Below are positions 40,035 to 49,993 of a stretch of DNA of 64,000 nt, piece by piece; positions within the stretch are counted from its first letter, which is position 1, and every line of letters begins with the position of its first letter. The position numbers were made by a program, and so were the translations under genes. The notes under the pieces are model-generated. The model made no database searches. It was given only the letters and a program-made list of their open reading frames with translations, and had not been told where the DNA came from. The stretch is from Gemmatimonadales bacterium (GTDB lineage: Bacteria; Gemmatimonadota; Gemmatimonadetes; Gemmatimonadales; GWC2-71-9). Location: contig JBBCJC010000002.1 in NCBI GenBank assembly GCA_037189525.1, positions 672,001 to 736,000 of the forward strand. Reading direction: 5' to 3'.

Positions 40035-40063
40035 CGGGGGCTCGGAGTATGGCCGAGCCCCCG
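40035..40063 (+). terminator. Hairpin after permease
   Basis: CGGGGGCTCGG-N7-CCGAGCCCCCG. Confidence 0.55.
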
Positions 40064-40071
40064 CGCTCTGC

Positions 40072-40176
40072 TGCTGAATCCGCAGTTGTCAGTCTGCCGT
40101 CTTCGCAGGTTTCCGCAATTTTTGTTCTTCTAAGTCGTTGATTAGTAATGATATAGCATAGTGGCACCGGGTCTGC
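40072..40176 (+). promoter_or_regulatory. sigma54 promoter with IHF site and upstream activator sites
   Basis: TGGCAC-N5-CTGC (GG 40163-64, GC 40175-76); IHF consensus on minus strand AATCAACGACTTA 40131-40143; TGC-N7-GCA boxes 40072-84 and 40095-107. Confidence 0.75.
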
Positions 40177-40219
40177 CTATCAGCATCGTGTCGGAGACCG
40201 ATTCTGGTGGAGGCAGGCT

Positions 40220-40969
40220 ATGTCGATAGCAAGGTTGGAGCACGGGGTCTCGCGCCGGGCGCTGCTGGGCCGAGTCGCGGGAGCGGCCGCGACATTGGTG
40301 GTGTCTCAGAAGCTGACGGGATGCTCGGCGGTCGGTCCAGAGGATGACGACGGGACGGGTGGCTCGACCTCCTGCGTCGTGACCGCTGCGCTGACCGAAG
40401 GGCCCTACTTCGTCGACGAACGGCTCAACCGGAGTGATATTCGCACCGATCCGGTCAGTGGTGCAGTTTCTCAGGGAGCGCTGCTCGATCTGAGCTTCAA
40501 TGTCTCGCGCGTGGCAAGCGGGGCATGCACGCCGTTGACCGGAGCATACCTGGATGTATGGCACTGTGATTCTGCCGGCGTCTATTCCGATGTCTCCGGC
40601 AGCGGCGCCGGACGGAAGTTCTTGCGCGGCTACCAGATTACCGATGCATCGGGCCTGGCCCGCTTCACGACGGTCTATCCGGGCTGGTATTCGGGCCGCG
40701 CCGTCCATGTCCACTTCAAGCTCCGATTATTTACGGGCTCGACTACGAGTTACGAGTTCACGTCGCAGTTCTTTTTCGATGAGTCGCTGACCGATGCGGT
40801 TCATGCGCTGGCGCCGTATTTATCCAAGGGACGACGGAATACGCTCAATACCACCGACGGCATCTACAACAGCCTCTCGGCAAGCGAGAAGGTGGCGCTC
40901 ACGTTGAGAGCAGAGTCCAGCGGCGCCGGGTACACTGGCGTGATCGACCTGGGTGTTCGACTCTCGTGA
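40220..40969 (+). CDS. Intradiol ring-cleavage dioxygenase-like Tat lipoprotein
   Basis: SRRALL twin-Arg, LTGC lipobox, TEGPY, DVWHCD.GVYS, PGWY.GRAVHVH. Confidence 0.88.
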   Translation: MSIARLEHGVSRRALLGRVAGAAATLVVSQKLTGCSAVGPEDDDGTGGSTSCVVTAALTEGPYFVDERLNRSDIRTDPVSGAVSQGALLDLSFNVSRVASGACTPLTGAYLDVWHCDSAGVYSDVSGSGAGRKFLRGYQITDASGLARFTTVYPGWYSGRAVHVHFKLRLFTGSTTSYEFTSQFFFDESLTDAVHALAPYLSKGRRNTLNTTDGIYNSLSASEKVALTLRAESSGAGYTGVIDLGVRLS

Positions 40970-41014
40970 CGGTCACCTGGCCCGGGCGCCGAACGTCGTG
41001 GAGCAGCGGATGAC

Positions 41015-42364
41015 GTGGCACGAGGAGACGGGAGCACCGTGCAGCGATTGAAGCGCCTGATTCGCGGGACCCCTTGGGCGTGGCTGGTAACCACGCTGGC
41101 CCTGGGCGTGGCGCTGATTCTCAGCGCCGGGACCAATCTGCGGGGCGCCCGCGCCTCGGCTGCCGAACTCGACGTGGGCCACGCGCAGGTCTTGAAAGAA
41201 GCGGTGCAGTCGCTCAACCGCCCCGGGCATCGCGCCAGCTCCGCATCGCTGGACAGCCTGGTTCGCGCCAAGGCCGATGCCGGACTTCGCTTTGTTGCGT
41301 TGATCGACACGCGCGATTCGGTGCTGGTGTCCTCCGGCCAGGCGCTGCCCGATCCCATCGTGATCGATCGGACCGCGGGACCGCAGATCGAGCCCTTGGG
41401 CGATCGGGTCCGGGGCACCTTCCCGGCCCCGCAGCCCGGCCCGCGTCCCGACGGTCCGGGTCCTGGTGGTGAGTGGCATCCCCCGCATTCTCAAGGTTCG
41501 GGACGACCCGGGCGGCCCCCGGGGCCGTGGCCGGGCGGGCCGCCGTCCATCGTCCTCGAGTTCGAGCCGACGGCATCGGAAGCGATCGTGACCCGGGCGT
41601 CACGCGTGTTCGGTGTCAGCACGGTGGTCGGGATGGCGCTGATGCTCGCCGGTGTGCTGCTCTGGCGAGCGCAGCGGGCCATGCAGGAAAACGAACGGCG
41701 GTTCGAAGAAGACCGCCGTCTGGCCATGCTGGGTCGGATGTCGGCGGTCCTGGCGCACGAAATCCGGAACCCGCTGGCATCGCTCAAGGGCCATGCGCAG
41801 CTGCTGGAAGAGCGGCTCGAGTCCGGATCGGCGGATCAGCGCAAGGCGGCCCGGGTGGTCGACGAGGCTCGGCGACTCGAGACGATTACCAACGATCTCC
41901 TCGATCTGTCCCGTTCCGGTCCGATCGACATCCGCTCCGTCGACCCGGCTGAACTGGTGCGTGCCTCGGTCGACGATCTGGGCGGCCAGGTCGTCCGGGT
42001 CGACACGGCCGCTGCGCCGGGCCGCTGGATGCTCGACGAGCGCCGGTTCCGTCTCAACGTCCTGGGCAACCTGCTGCGCAACGCGGTGGAGGCGTCGCCG
42101 CCGGACCGGCCCCCCGAAATCCGGGTCTCGATGCAGCACGGCCGCCTGATCTTTGCCGTGCGCGATTTCGGCCCGGGGATTCCCGAAGGCAACGAGACGA
42201 GGATCTTCGACCCCTTCTTCACCACACGGGTATCCGGAACCGGCCTGGGCCTGTCGCTGGCGCGGCGGATCGTCGATTTGCATGGCGGAACCATCCGGGC
42301 CGAAACCGTGGCAACCGGCGGAGCATTGTTCGTGGTGGAACTTCCCGAAACAGGTAGAGCCTGA
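41015..42364 (+). CDS. Sensor histidine kinase
   Basis: Two [28 protein letters not shown]. Confidence 0.94.
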   Translation: MARGDGSTVQRLKRLIRGTPWAWLVTTLALGVALILSAGTNLRGARASAAELDVGHAQVLKEAVQSLNRPGHRASSASLDSLVRAKADAGLRFVALIDTRDSVLVSSGQALPDPIVIDRTAGPQIEPLGDRVRGTFPAPQPGPRPDGPGPGGEWHPPHSQGSGRPGRPPGPWPGGPPSIVLEFEPTASEAIVTRASRVFGVSTVVGMALMLAGVLLWRAQRAMQENERRFEEDRRLAMLGRMSAVLAHEIRNPLASLKGHAQLLEERLESGSADQRKAARVVDEARRLETITNDLLDLSRSGPIDIRSVDPAELVRASVDDLGGQVVRVDTAAAPGRWMLDERRFRLNVLGNLLRNAVEASPPDRPPEIRVSMQHGRLIFAVRDFGPGIPEGNETRIFDPFFTTRVSGTGLGLSLARRIVDLHGGTIRAETVATGGALFVVELPETGRA

Positions 42365-43683
42365 TGGCTTCGATTCTCGTAGTGGACGACGAACCCGGAA
42401 TCCGGGACTTTCTGGTCGACGCGCTGGCTGCGGACGGACATGTCCTCGATGCGGCGCCGCATGCCGCCGGCGCGCTCGCGGCGCTTTCCCGCCGGGCGTT
42501 CGATCTCCTGCTCACCGACCTCCGCATGCCGGGCGAAATGGATGGCATGGGGCTGGTCCGGCGGGTCCGGGCCGACTATCCCGAGATGGACGTCGTGGTG
42601 CTGACGGCCCACGGGACCGTACCGTCGGCCGTCGAAGCGATCAAGCTCGGTGTCTTCGACTATCTGGTCAAACCGGTCGCGAGTCCGGCCGATCTTCGTC
42701 GTCTGATCGGGCGGGCTGTCGAGCGGCGGCGGCTCCTGGTGGCCAACGAGGCGCAACGGATCGACCGGCGGCTGCCGCCCTTTTCGTACGGCGATCCGAT
42801 CATGACGCCGGTGGTGCGCGCCCTGGAACGGGTTGCGCCGACCCAGTCCTCCGTCCTGCTGCTCGGCGAAAGCGGTACCGGGAAGGAGCTTGCTGCGCAG
42901 CTGATCCACGAACACAGCCCGCGAGCCGATGGGCCTTTCGTCGCCATCAACTGCGCGGCCATTACCGACTCGCTGATGGAAAGCGAGATGTTCGGACACG
43001 AGCGCGGCGCGTTTACCGGAGCGACCGCGGCTCGGCGCGGACGGCTCGAACTCGCCGACGGTGGAACCGTCTTTCTCGACGAGGTGGGCGAACTCAAGGC
43101 CGAGTTGCAGGCCAAGCTGCTGCGGGTGGTGCAGGAGCGATGCTTCGAGCGAGTCGGTGGCAACCGGACCATTGAGGTCAATGTTCGTTGGATTGCCGCG
43201 ACCAATCGCGATCTCGAAGACGAGGTGCGCGCCGGCCGGTTCCGCGAAGATCTGTACCATCGGCTGGCGGTGTTTCCGGTGCGGATGCCGCCGCTTCGCG
43301 AACGGAAACATGACATCATCCCGCTGGCGGAACGTCTGCTAGTCCGGGTTGCTACCGCGCTCAACCGTCCGCCGCTCGCACTCGACGACGATGCCCGCTC
43401 CCGGATCCTGGCGGCGCCCTGGCCGGGCAACATTCGGCAACTGGCCAATGCACTGGAGCGGGCCGCGATTCTCGCGGAGGGGACGGTGGTGCGTGGGATC
43501 GACCTGGAGCCGGCGGGTCAGCCGGCCCGCGGCGTCGCGACCGGGACGCTGGAGGAACTGGAGCGAGACGCGATCGAGCGGACCCTGATCGAAACCGGTG
43601 GGCACCGTCGCCGCGCCGCCGAACGGCTCGGTATCGGCGAGCGGACCCTCTACGAAAAGCTCAAGCGCTACAACCTCTCGTAG
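42364..43683 (+). CDS. sigma54-dependent response regulator (NtrC/ZraR-type)
   Basis: REC, GESGTGKE, GAFTGA, FREDLYHRL, WPGNIRQL, Fis HTH. Confidence 0.96.
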   Translation: MASILVVDDEPGIRDFLVDALAADGHVLDAAPHAAGALAALSRRAFDLLLTDLRMPGEMDGMGLVRRVRADYPEMDVVVLTAHGTVPSAVEAIKLGVFDYLVKPVASPADLRRLIGRAVERRRLLVANEAQRIDRRLPPFSYGDPIMTPVVRALERVAPTQSSVLLLGESGTGKELAAQLIHEHSPRADGPFVAINCAAITDSLMESEMFGHERGAFTGATAARRGRLELADGGTVFLDEVGELKAELQAKLLRVVQERCFERVGGNRTIEVNVRWIAATNRDLEDEVRAGRFREDLYHRLAVFPVRMPPLRERKHDIIPLAERLLVRVATALNRPPLALDDDARSRILAAPWPGNIRQLANALERAAILAEGTVVRGIDLEPAGQPARGVATGTLEELERDAIERTLIETGGHRRRAAERLGIGERTLYEKLKRYNLS

Positions 43684-43730
43684 CAGCGCGTCGCAGCGGG
43701 CGACGAGATCGCCGCCCGCCGCAAAATTCC

Positions 43731-44156
43731 TCAGCCGACCAGCGTGGCCTTGAGGGTCATCGGTACCGCCGAGAGGGCCCGGGATACGACACAGTTGACC
43801 TTGGTGGCTTCGGCCAGTTGCTGGAACTGATCATTCGACAGGCCCGGCACTTCGGCCTCGGTGACCAGGTCGATCCCGGTGATGGCAAAACCGCCGTCGA
43901 CCTGGCCCAGGTGGACCACGGCGTTGGTGTCGATCCGTTTGGCCGTATGTCCCGCCTTGGAAATCCCGAGCGAGAGCGCCATCGAGAAGCAGCCGGCATG
44001 GGCTGCCCCGAGCAGTTCTTCCGGATTGGTGCCGGGTGCGCCCTCGAACCGGGTCCCGAACGAATATTTCCCCTCGAAAACTCCGCTGCCGAGTTTGATC
44101 TGGCCGGAGCCCGAGCGAAGGTCGCCTTCCCAGCGTGCCGATGCTTTGCTGTCCAT
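43731..44156 (-). CDS. osmC: OsmC peroxiredoxin
   Basis: GTNPEELLGAAHAGCFSMAL, NCVVSRAL. Confidence 0.93.
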   Translation of the reverse strand: MDSKASARWEGDLRSGSGQIKLGSGVFEGKYSFGTRFEGAPGTNPEELLGAAHAGCFSMALSLGISKAGHTAKRIDTNAVVHLGQVDGGFAITGIDLVTEAEVPGLSNDQFQQLAEATKVNCVVSRALSAVPMTLKATLVG

Positions 44157-44302
44157 AGTACACCTCGATCGTGGATGGGTCGTGGTGGCCCTGACCGGCG
44201 CCACCGGTGTTGCTCTCCCAACCTAATCGGCCGGACCGGACAAGGTATGACAGGCCTGGCTACTGTTCCCGCAGCAGCTTGCTGGGCAATTGCTATGATG
44301 CC

Positions 44303-44426
44303 TGGCAATCTGCCAACGAGTGGCGCCCGCGAGCGGTCAGCCAGTCCGTCGCGACTTGGTTAAGTGGATGATTTTAGAGCAGTTGGGGCCCAATGGACTG
44401 CCGAACGCGAATGGCGCGGGCCGTGC
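44303..44426 (+). promoter_or_regulatory. Candidate sigma54 promoter with IHF-like site and palindrome
   Basis: TGGCGC-N5-GTGC (GG 44413-14, GC 44425-26); IHF-like 44361-44373; palindrome TGGCA-atc-TGCCA 44303-44315. Confidence 0.5.
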
Positions 44427-44578
44427 CTTTGCTGGCCGTATTGCCTGGTGCCACACGGGGAGCCGTCGGCAGGAGCCGAGGTTTCCCGATCCAGGGCAGG
44501 GCCTGTCCGGGAATGGCCAGGCATGCCCCAGCGTTCCCGAAAAGGGCGGGGCGCTCTCGTGTACGCAAAGGATTGTGG

Positions 44579-45475
44579 ATGCGTGTTCTGATCGCCGACG
44601 ACGATGCTGTTTCGCGGACGTTGCTGCAGCGAACCCTGACGCAACTGGGTCACGACGTCGTTGCCGTCGAAGACGGTCCCTCGGCCATCGTCCAACTGCT
44701 GGCGCCCGACGGTCCTCGGCTGGCGATTCTCGACTGGATGATGCCGGGCGCCGACGGTCTGACGGTGTGTCGGGCGATGCGGCAGCGGAACTCACCCTAT
44801 GTGTACGCCATTCTGCTGACGGCCCGGGACGCCCGGCAGGACATGGTTGAGGCGCTCGAGGCGGGCGCGGACGACTTCCTGACCAAGCCGTTCGATTTGA
44901 CGGAACTCACTGCCCGGATGCGGGCGGGCGTGCGCGTCGTCGAACTGCAGGAGCGCCTCCTCGAGATTCAGGAAGGTCTCCGGGTGCAGGCAACCCGCGA
45001 CGACCTGACCGGACTGCACAATCGCCGTGTGGTGCTGGAGCACCTCGAGCGCGAATTGCGACGAGGACGGCACGAGCAGCGGCCGGTTGCCGTGGCCCTG
45101 GCCGACATCGACAACTTCAAAACGATCAACGACCGATACGGCCATCCCGCGGGCGACGTCGTGCTCAAGCGGGTGGCGGAGGCGTTGCGGCGGGAAGTCC
45201 GCGAGTATGACGCGGTCGGTCGCTACGGAGGCGAGGAATTCCTCTTCGTCCTGCCCGGCTGTGACCGGGAAAGCGGTCTGGTAGCTGCGGAGCGGATCAG
45301 GGCACGGGTCGCGGCAACGGCGGCGGTCTGGGAGGGCGTCGAGCTGCCGGTGACGGTGAGTGTCGGACTGGCCTGGGCCGGGCCCGGCGCGGGCACCGTG
45401 GCCGATCTGATTGCCACCGCGGACAGCGCGCTCTATCGAGCCAAGGCAGGGGGGCGGAACCGGATCGAGACCTGA
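44579..45475 (+). CDS. REC-GGDEF diguanylate cyclase
   Basis: LDWMMP receiver, DDLTGLHNRR, I-site REYD, RYGGEEF. Confidence 0.95.
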   Translation: MRVLIADDDAVSRTLLQRTLTQLGHDVVAVEDGPSAIVQLLAPDGPRLAILDWMMPGADGLTVCRAMRQRNSPYVYAILLTARDARQDMVEALEAGADDFLTKPFDLTELTARMRAGVRVVELQERLLEIQEGLRVQATRDDLTGLHNRRVVLEHLERELRRGRHEQRPVAVALADIDNFKTINDRYGHPAGDVVLKRVAEALRREVREYDAVGRYGGEEFLFVLPGCDRESGLVAAERIRARVAATAAVWEGVELPVTVSVGLAWAGPGAGTVADLIATADSALYRAKAGGRNRIET

Positions 45476-45491
45476 TCCGCCCCCTCGCCCG

Positions 45492-45797
45492 CTAGCCGGG
45501 CTGGTTGGCGAGCCGCTCGAGCCGGCGGTCCATGATGAACGGGCCGAACGGAACCACGGCAGCGGCAATCCCCGCGAAGGTAGTACCCCGCGACAGCGGA
45601 ATGCGCTGCATACCTACCAGAAACATCACGACCAGCGCAACGAACAGCAGCCCGTGGATCGACCCCACGGCGCGCACCGCGCCAGGCATGTCGGCAAAGT
45701 ATTTGAGCGGCATGGCAATCCCGAACAGCACGAGGGTCGAGATCCCCTCGATGAAGCTCACGATGCGGAGGCTTTTGAGAAACTGTCGATCGATCAC
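45492..45797 (-). CDS. DUF3817 membrane protein
   Basis: EGIS.LVL...MPLKY, HGLLF, VPFGPF. Confidence 0.88.
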   Translation of the reverse strand: MIDRQFLKSLRIVSFIEGISTLVLFGIAMPLKYFADMPGAVRAVGSIHGLLFVALVVMFLVGMQRIPLSRGTTFAGIAAAVVPFGPFIMDRRLERLANQPG

Positions 45798-45823
45798 TGC
45801 TATGTCCTCCTGGACTCGCCGGG

Positions 45824-46570
45824 CTAGAGGCCGGGCGGGGTGGGCTTGTGGAGATGGACCGGATCACGCGCCGGCTTGCGCAGCTTGAGATTGAGAATCT
45901 CGACGAACACCGAGAACGCCATCGCGAAGTAGATGTACCCCTTCGGGATGTGCTGATCGAACCCTTCGGCCACCAGTGTCATGCCGATCAGGAGCAGGAA
46001 GCTCAGCGCCAGCATCTTGACCGTCGGATGGCGATCGACGAAGTCGCTGATCGGCGTGGCGAACAGGATCATGAAAATGACCGCGATGATCACAGCCGTG
46101 ACCATGACCCAGAGCTGATCGACCATCCCGACGGCCGTAATGACCGAGTCGAGCGAAAAGACGACGTCGAGCAGCAGGATCTGGAGGATGACGGTCCCAA
46201 ACGACGGATAGGCCGGCGTCTTCGTTTCGGTCGTGGCGCCTTCCAGCTTGCTGTGGATCTCGTGGGTACTCTTGGCCAGCAGGAAGAGGCCGCCCAGAAT
46301 CAGGATCAGATCGCGGCCGGAGATTTCCTCGGTAAGGACGGTAAAGAGCGGAGCCGTGAGCCGGATGATCCAGGAAATCGAGAAGAGCAGGCCGATCCGG
46401 GTGATCATCGCGAGCATGAGCCCGACCTGCCGGGCCCGCTTCTGCTGATGAACCGGCAGCTTGGCGCTCAGGATCGAGATGAACACGATGTTGTCGATAC
46501 CCAGGACCACTTCGAGTACCGTCAGGGTCGCCAGGGCGATCCAGATCTGGGGGTCGGCCAGCCATTCCAT
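45824..46570 (-). CDS. TerC family protein
   Basis: LEVVLGIDN, DVVFSLDSVITAVG, HPTVKMLAL. Confidence 0.95.
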   Translation of the reverse strand: MEWLADPQIWIALATLTVLEVVLGIDNIVFISILSAKLPVHQQKRARQVGLMLAMITRIGLLFSISWIIRLTAPLFTVLTEEISGRDLILILGGLFLLAKSTHEIHSKLEGATTETKTPAYPSFGTVILQILLLDVVFSLDSVITAVGMVDQLWVMVTAVIIAVIFMILFATPISDFVDRHPTVKMLALSFLLLIGMTLVAEGFDQHIPKGYIYFAMAFSVFVEILNLKLRKPARDPVHLHKPTPPGL

Positions 46571-46573
46571 GGT

Positions 46574-48175
46574 TTACCAGTCCGTCGGTTCGTAGTCTTT
46601 GAGGAACTTGCCCCAGACGTGGCGGCCCGTGTTGAAACCGGTAATGATCGGATCGACGATGCGCGCGGCGCCGTCGACGATATCGAGCGGCGGATGAAAG
46701 CGATGCTCTGCGGTCTTGCGCGCCGCGATTTCGACGGGATCTTCGTCGGTCACCCAGCCGGTGTCGACGCTGTTCATGTGGATCCCGTCATTGAAATAAT
46801 CGGTGGCCGAGGTGCGCGTCATCATGTTGAGCGCGGCCTTGGCCATGTTGGTATGCGGATGCCGGGTCGTCTTGAACCGGCGGTAGAACTGGCCCTCGAC
46901 CGCCGACACGTTGACGATATGCTTGTCACGCTCTTGGGTCTTGAGCATCAACGGCTTGAGCCGGGCGTTCAGAATGAACGGCGCGATGGCGTTGACCAGC
47001 TGAACCTCGATCAGTTCGACCGACGGGACATCGGCCAGGAGCATCCGCCACGAGTTGTGACTGCGGAGATCGATCTGCTGGAGATCCTGATCGAAGTGCC
47101 CTTCGGGAAAGAGGTGCCGCTGCGCATCGATTTCATCGGGCAGGAGCGGCACTTGCGACAGCTCCGCGGCGTGCAGCAGGCCGGTGGCCGCCGGGGTGAC
47201 AGTCTCGCCGGCCGGCGCGCTGGAGCTTTCGGGGAGTAGCCGATGGCTGCGCAGCCCCTCGTACCCGCCCAGGAGCTTCCGGGCCGGCGTCGGTAGCTCG
47301 GTGGCGACCGCCGTTTCCCGGTCCATCATATGCTCATAGAACGCGGGCGGGCGCCGCACCGTCTGGCACGCGTTGTTGATGATGAAGTCGAGCCGGTCCC
47401 GGGTCGCCAGCAGGTGATGACAGAAGGCTTCGACGCTCGGCGTATGCCGCAAGTCGAGGCCGAAGATCTCGAGCCGGTCCTTCCACTCCTCGAAATCCGG
47501 TTCCGCTGCGTATCGGGCCGCCGAATCCCGCGGGAATCGCGTCGTGACGATCAGATGCGCGCCCGACCGGAGCAGTTTGATGCCCGCCTGGTAACCGATC
47601 TTGACCCGCCCTCCGGTGAGCAAGGCAACCCGCCCACGCAAATCGGCGAGTTCGCCGCGCTTCCGGAAGTTGAGCTCTGCGCAGCTGGGGCAGAGCTGGT
47701 CGTAGAAATGGTGGACTTCGGTAAAGCGGACTTTGCAGGTATAGCAGTGGCGCTCGTCGAGCGGGTTCTGCGCCTCGGCCTGTCCAGCGAAAGCATCGCC
47801 GTCTTCGGTGTCGTCTCCGATATCGTCCGCGTCGTGTTCTCCAGCCGGCGGAAAGACGTTCGGGGTCGTGAAGACCTTTTCCCGGCGCAGCTTCCGGATC
47901 CCTGTCGACGACAACACCTGTTCCTCGCGGGCCACCCGGGCAGCCTTCCGCTGCCGGCGCGAGGCTTTGACGAGTTGCCGGCGAACCAGCGCATCGGGCC
48001 GAGACAACCGGCCGGCGGCGCCGAGGAACCGAATTTTCAGGTCGTCCGGGATGCCGGCAAGCAGGCCGCGATCGGCGACGAGTTCTTCCAGGAGGTCGGC
48101 GGAAGCCTCCAGACGGGCCAGAAGGGCTGGATCGAGAAAGGAGAGAGGCTCGGGTGTGTCAGCGGGGCTCGACAT
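46574..48175 (-). CDS. Atypical SDR oxidoreductase with N-terminal zinc finger
   Basis: CYTC...[31 protein letters not shown]. Confidence 0.88.
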   Translation of the reverse strand: MSSPADTPEPLSFLDPALLARLEASADLLEELVADRGLLAGIPDDLKIRFLGAAGRLSRPDALVRRQLVKASRRQRKAARVAREEQVLSSTGIRKLRREKVFTTPNVFPPAGEHDADDIGDDTEDGDAFAGQAEAQNPLDERHCYTCKVRFTEVHHFYDQLCPSCAELNFRKRGELADLRGRVALLTGGRVKIGYQAGIKLLRSGAHLIVTTRFPRDSAARYAAEPDFEEWKDRLEIFGLDLRHTPSVEAFCHHLLATRDRLDFIINNACQTVRRPPAFYEHMMDRETAVATELPTPARKLLGGYEGLRSHRLLPESSSAPAGETVTPAATGLLHAAELSQVPLLPDEIDAQRHLFPEGHFDQDLQQIDLRSHNSWRMLLADVPSVELIEVQLVNAIAPFILNARLKPLMLKTQERDKHIVNVSAVEGQFYRRFKTTRHPHTNMAKAALNMMTRTSATDYFNDGIHMNSVDTGWVTDEDPVEIAARKTAEHRFHPPLDIVDGAARIVDPIITGFNTGRHVWGKFLKDYEPTDW

Positions 48176-48252
48176 GGGGCCGCAACTTATCAGGGCCGGC
48201 GGGGCGAGCAAGTCTCGAGGCAGGGAGGCCCGGGTCAGGGAAGAAGCCCCGG

Positions 48253-48429
48253 TTTCTGATATAAGAATTTCATTATGTCAGAAAGTCTATGGTTATCTCA
48301 TATAATGATTCATCGCTCGTATCTTGTGGATGATAATCGTCCACATAGAATATTGTTATGTCAAATAGATCTATTGATTTTGACATAAGAATACTACTGT
48401 TGTAGAAACTCAATAATTTTCTGATATAT
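48253..48429. promoter_or_regulatory. AT-rich operator/promoter array upstream of fic
   Basis: Six TGAYATAA-like half-sites; TTGACA 48380-85. Confidence 0.65.
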
Positions 48430-49579
48430 GGATTTGTCTGATTTTCGGTCTGGGCGATACGAGCGCCGGTTCGAGTACCAAAGCTTTCTCCCTGCGTCGA
48501 TCCACCATCCCTGGGTGATTTCGGATCCCGAGGTGCTCGACCTCCTGGGCCGAGCGGATCGGGCACTCGGTGAGTTGAATGCGTTTTCGCAGCTGGTGCC
48601 GGACATCGACTTCTTCATTGCCACCTATGTGGCCAAGGAGGCGGCCCAGTCGAGTCGGATCGAGGGAACCCAGACCGATATCGAGGACACGTTCAAGGAT
48701 GCGGAGGATCTGTCTCCCGAGGCCCGGAACGATTGGGCGGAGGTGCGGAACTACATCCAGGCGATCAACTACGCCATCGGAAGTCTGACGCGGCTGCCCT
48801 TTTCCAACCGGTTGCTTCGGGAGACCCACGCGGTGCTGATGCAGGGAATGCGGGGCCAGACCAAACAGCCGGGTGAGTTTCGCGTCAGCCAGAACTGGAT
48901 CGGTGTCAGCCTGGCCAACGCTACCTTCGTACCGCCGCACCACGAGCACGTTCCCGGATTGATGGGCGACATGGAGAAGTTTCTCCACGACCGAACCCTG
49001 CGGGTACCGCCGCTGATCCGGATTGCGATGGCGCACTATCAGTTCGAGACCATCCATCCGTTTCTCGATGGCAACGGCCGGCTCGGCCGGCTGATGATCT
49101 CGCTCTATCTGGCGGCGGAGAACCTGCTCGCCAGGCCGGCGCTCTATCTGTCGGACTACTTCGAGCGGCACAAAACCGCCTATGTGGATCATCTCATGGC
49201 GGTGCGTGAGGGCAATCACATTCGGGAATGGCTGCTCTTCTTTCTGCAGGGGACCGAACACACGGCCCGATCGGCGATCGACGTATTTCGGGCGATCCTG
49301 GCATTGAAGGAGGAGGTCGAGCAGGAGGTGCTGCCGCACTTCGGCCATCGGCGGCAGGCCAATGCGCAGCGACTGATCCGCTATCTCTACCGGCAGCCCG
49401 TCACCAGCGTCAAAGCGGTGACCAGGCTGCTCGGGACGACGATCAACACGGCAGCGTCGCTGGTCGACGATCTGCTCGAGCATGATGTACTGGTGGAGAT
49501 TACCGGACAGCGGCGCAATCGGCTGTTCAGCTTCAGCCGCTATCTGTCCCTGTTCACGGCAGGTCCGTCAGGAGATTGA
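48428..49579 (+). CDS. Fic family protein with C-terminal HTH
   Basis: SSRIEG inhibitory motif, HPFLDGNGRLGR, EITGQRRNR.F. Confidence 0.95.
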   Translation: MDLSDFRSGRYERRFEYQSFLPASIHHPWVISDPEVLDLLGRADRALGELNAFSQLVPDIDFFIATYVAKEAAQSSRIEGTQTDIEDTFKDAEDLSPEARNDWAEVRNYIQAINYAIGSLTRLPFSNRLLRETHAVLMQGMRGQTKQPGEFRVSQNWIGVSLANATFVPPHHEHVPGLMGDMEKFLHDRTLRVPPLIRIAMAHYQFETIHPFLDGNGRLGRLMISLYLAAENLLARPALYLSDYFERHKTAYVDHLMAVREGNHIREWLLFFLQGTEHTARSAIDVFRAILALKEEVEQEVLPHFGHRRQANAQRLIRYLYRQPVTSVKAVTRLLGTTINTAASLVDDLLEHDVLVEITGQRRNRLFSFSRYLSLFTAGPSGD

Positions 49580-49636
49580 CTCTCGTGCGTCAGGTCCGTA
49601 CCGGTGCGCGGACCTGCGCAGATCCATCGGAGGCGA

Positions 49637-49993
49637 TCAGGGCCCGACCGGCAGCCGGGCCCCGCTTGGTGTGAACACCTCGACGGCCAGCGTAAAGGTG
49701 CGTTCGTCCGTGCCCTGCAGTGCGCCTACTCCCACGACGTGGCGGCCGATCTCTTCGCCCTTCGCGTTGCGAATGGTGAGCAGGACCGAGTACTCCCACG
49801 CTTCCCCGACGTTCGGGTGGCGGATGGTCCCCTCGACCTGAAGCGCCGAGAAGGCCGGCGCGACTTTGCCGCCTGCGCCGGAGCGCAGGTGGTGTCGGCA
49901 CGCCGGGCATACGCTGGCGCTTTCGAGGATCGAGGTACGACAATGGGGGCAGGTACGTGTTGCCCCCGGAGTACCCGGTCGGGCGTTGCTCAT
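49637..49993 (-). CDS. Zinc-ribbon hypothetical protein
   Basis: CPHC...CPAC; ATGA overlap with bactofilin. Confidence 0.8.
   Translation of the reverse strand: MSNARPGTPGATRTCPHCRTSILESASVCPACRHHLRSGAGGKVAPAFSALQVEGTIRHPNVGEAWEYSVLLTIRNAKGEEIGRHVVGVGALQGTDERTFTLAVEVFTPSGARLPVGP

Noticed and set aside
43693..43722. Hairpin between convergent regulator and osmC genes
   Set aside because: Imperfect stem with no U tract downstream on either strand; not called as a terminator.
46571..46620. Expected yybP-ykoY Mn riboswitch ahead of terC
   Set aside because: Only 3 bp separate terC from the upstream SDR stop; no room and no motif.
48253..48429. AT-rich repeats as a CRISPR leader/array, replication origin or IS end
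   Set aside because: No repeat-spacer periodicity, no cas, rep or transposase gene, no DnaA-box cluster seen; an operator array fits better.
48273..48566. 97-aa minus-strand ORF over the fic promoter as a possible antitoxin
   Set aside because: Overlaps fic antisense and the operator array; Fic already carries its own inhibitory motif.
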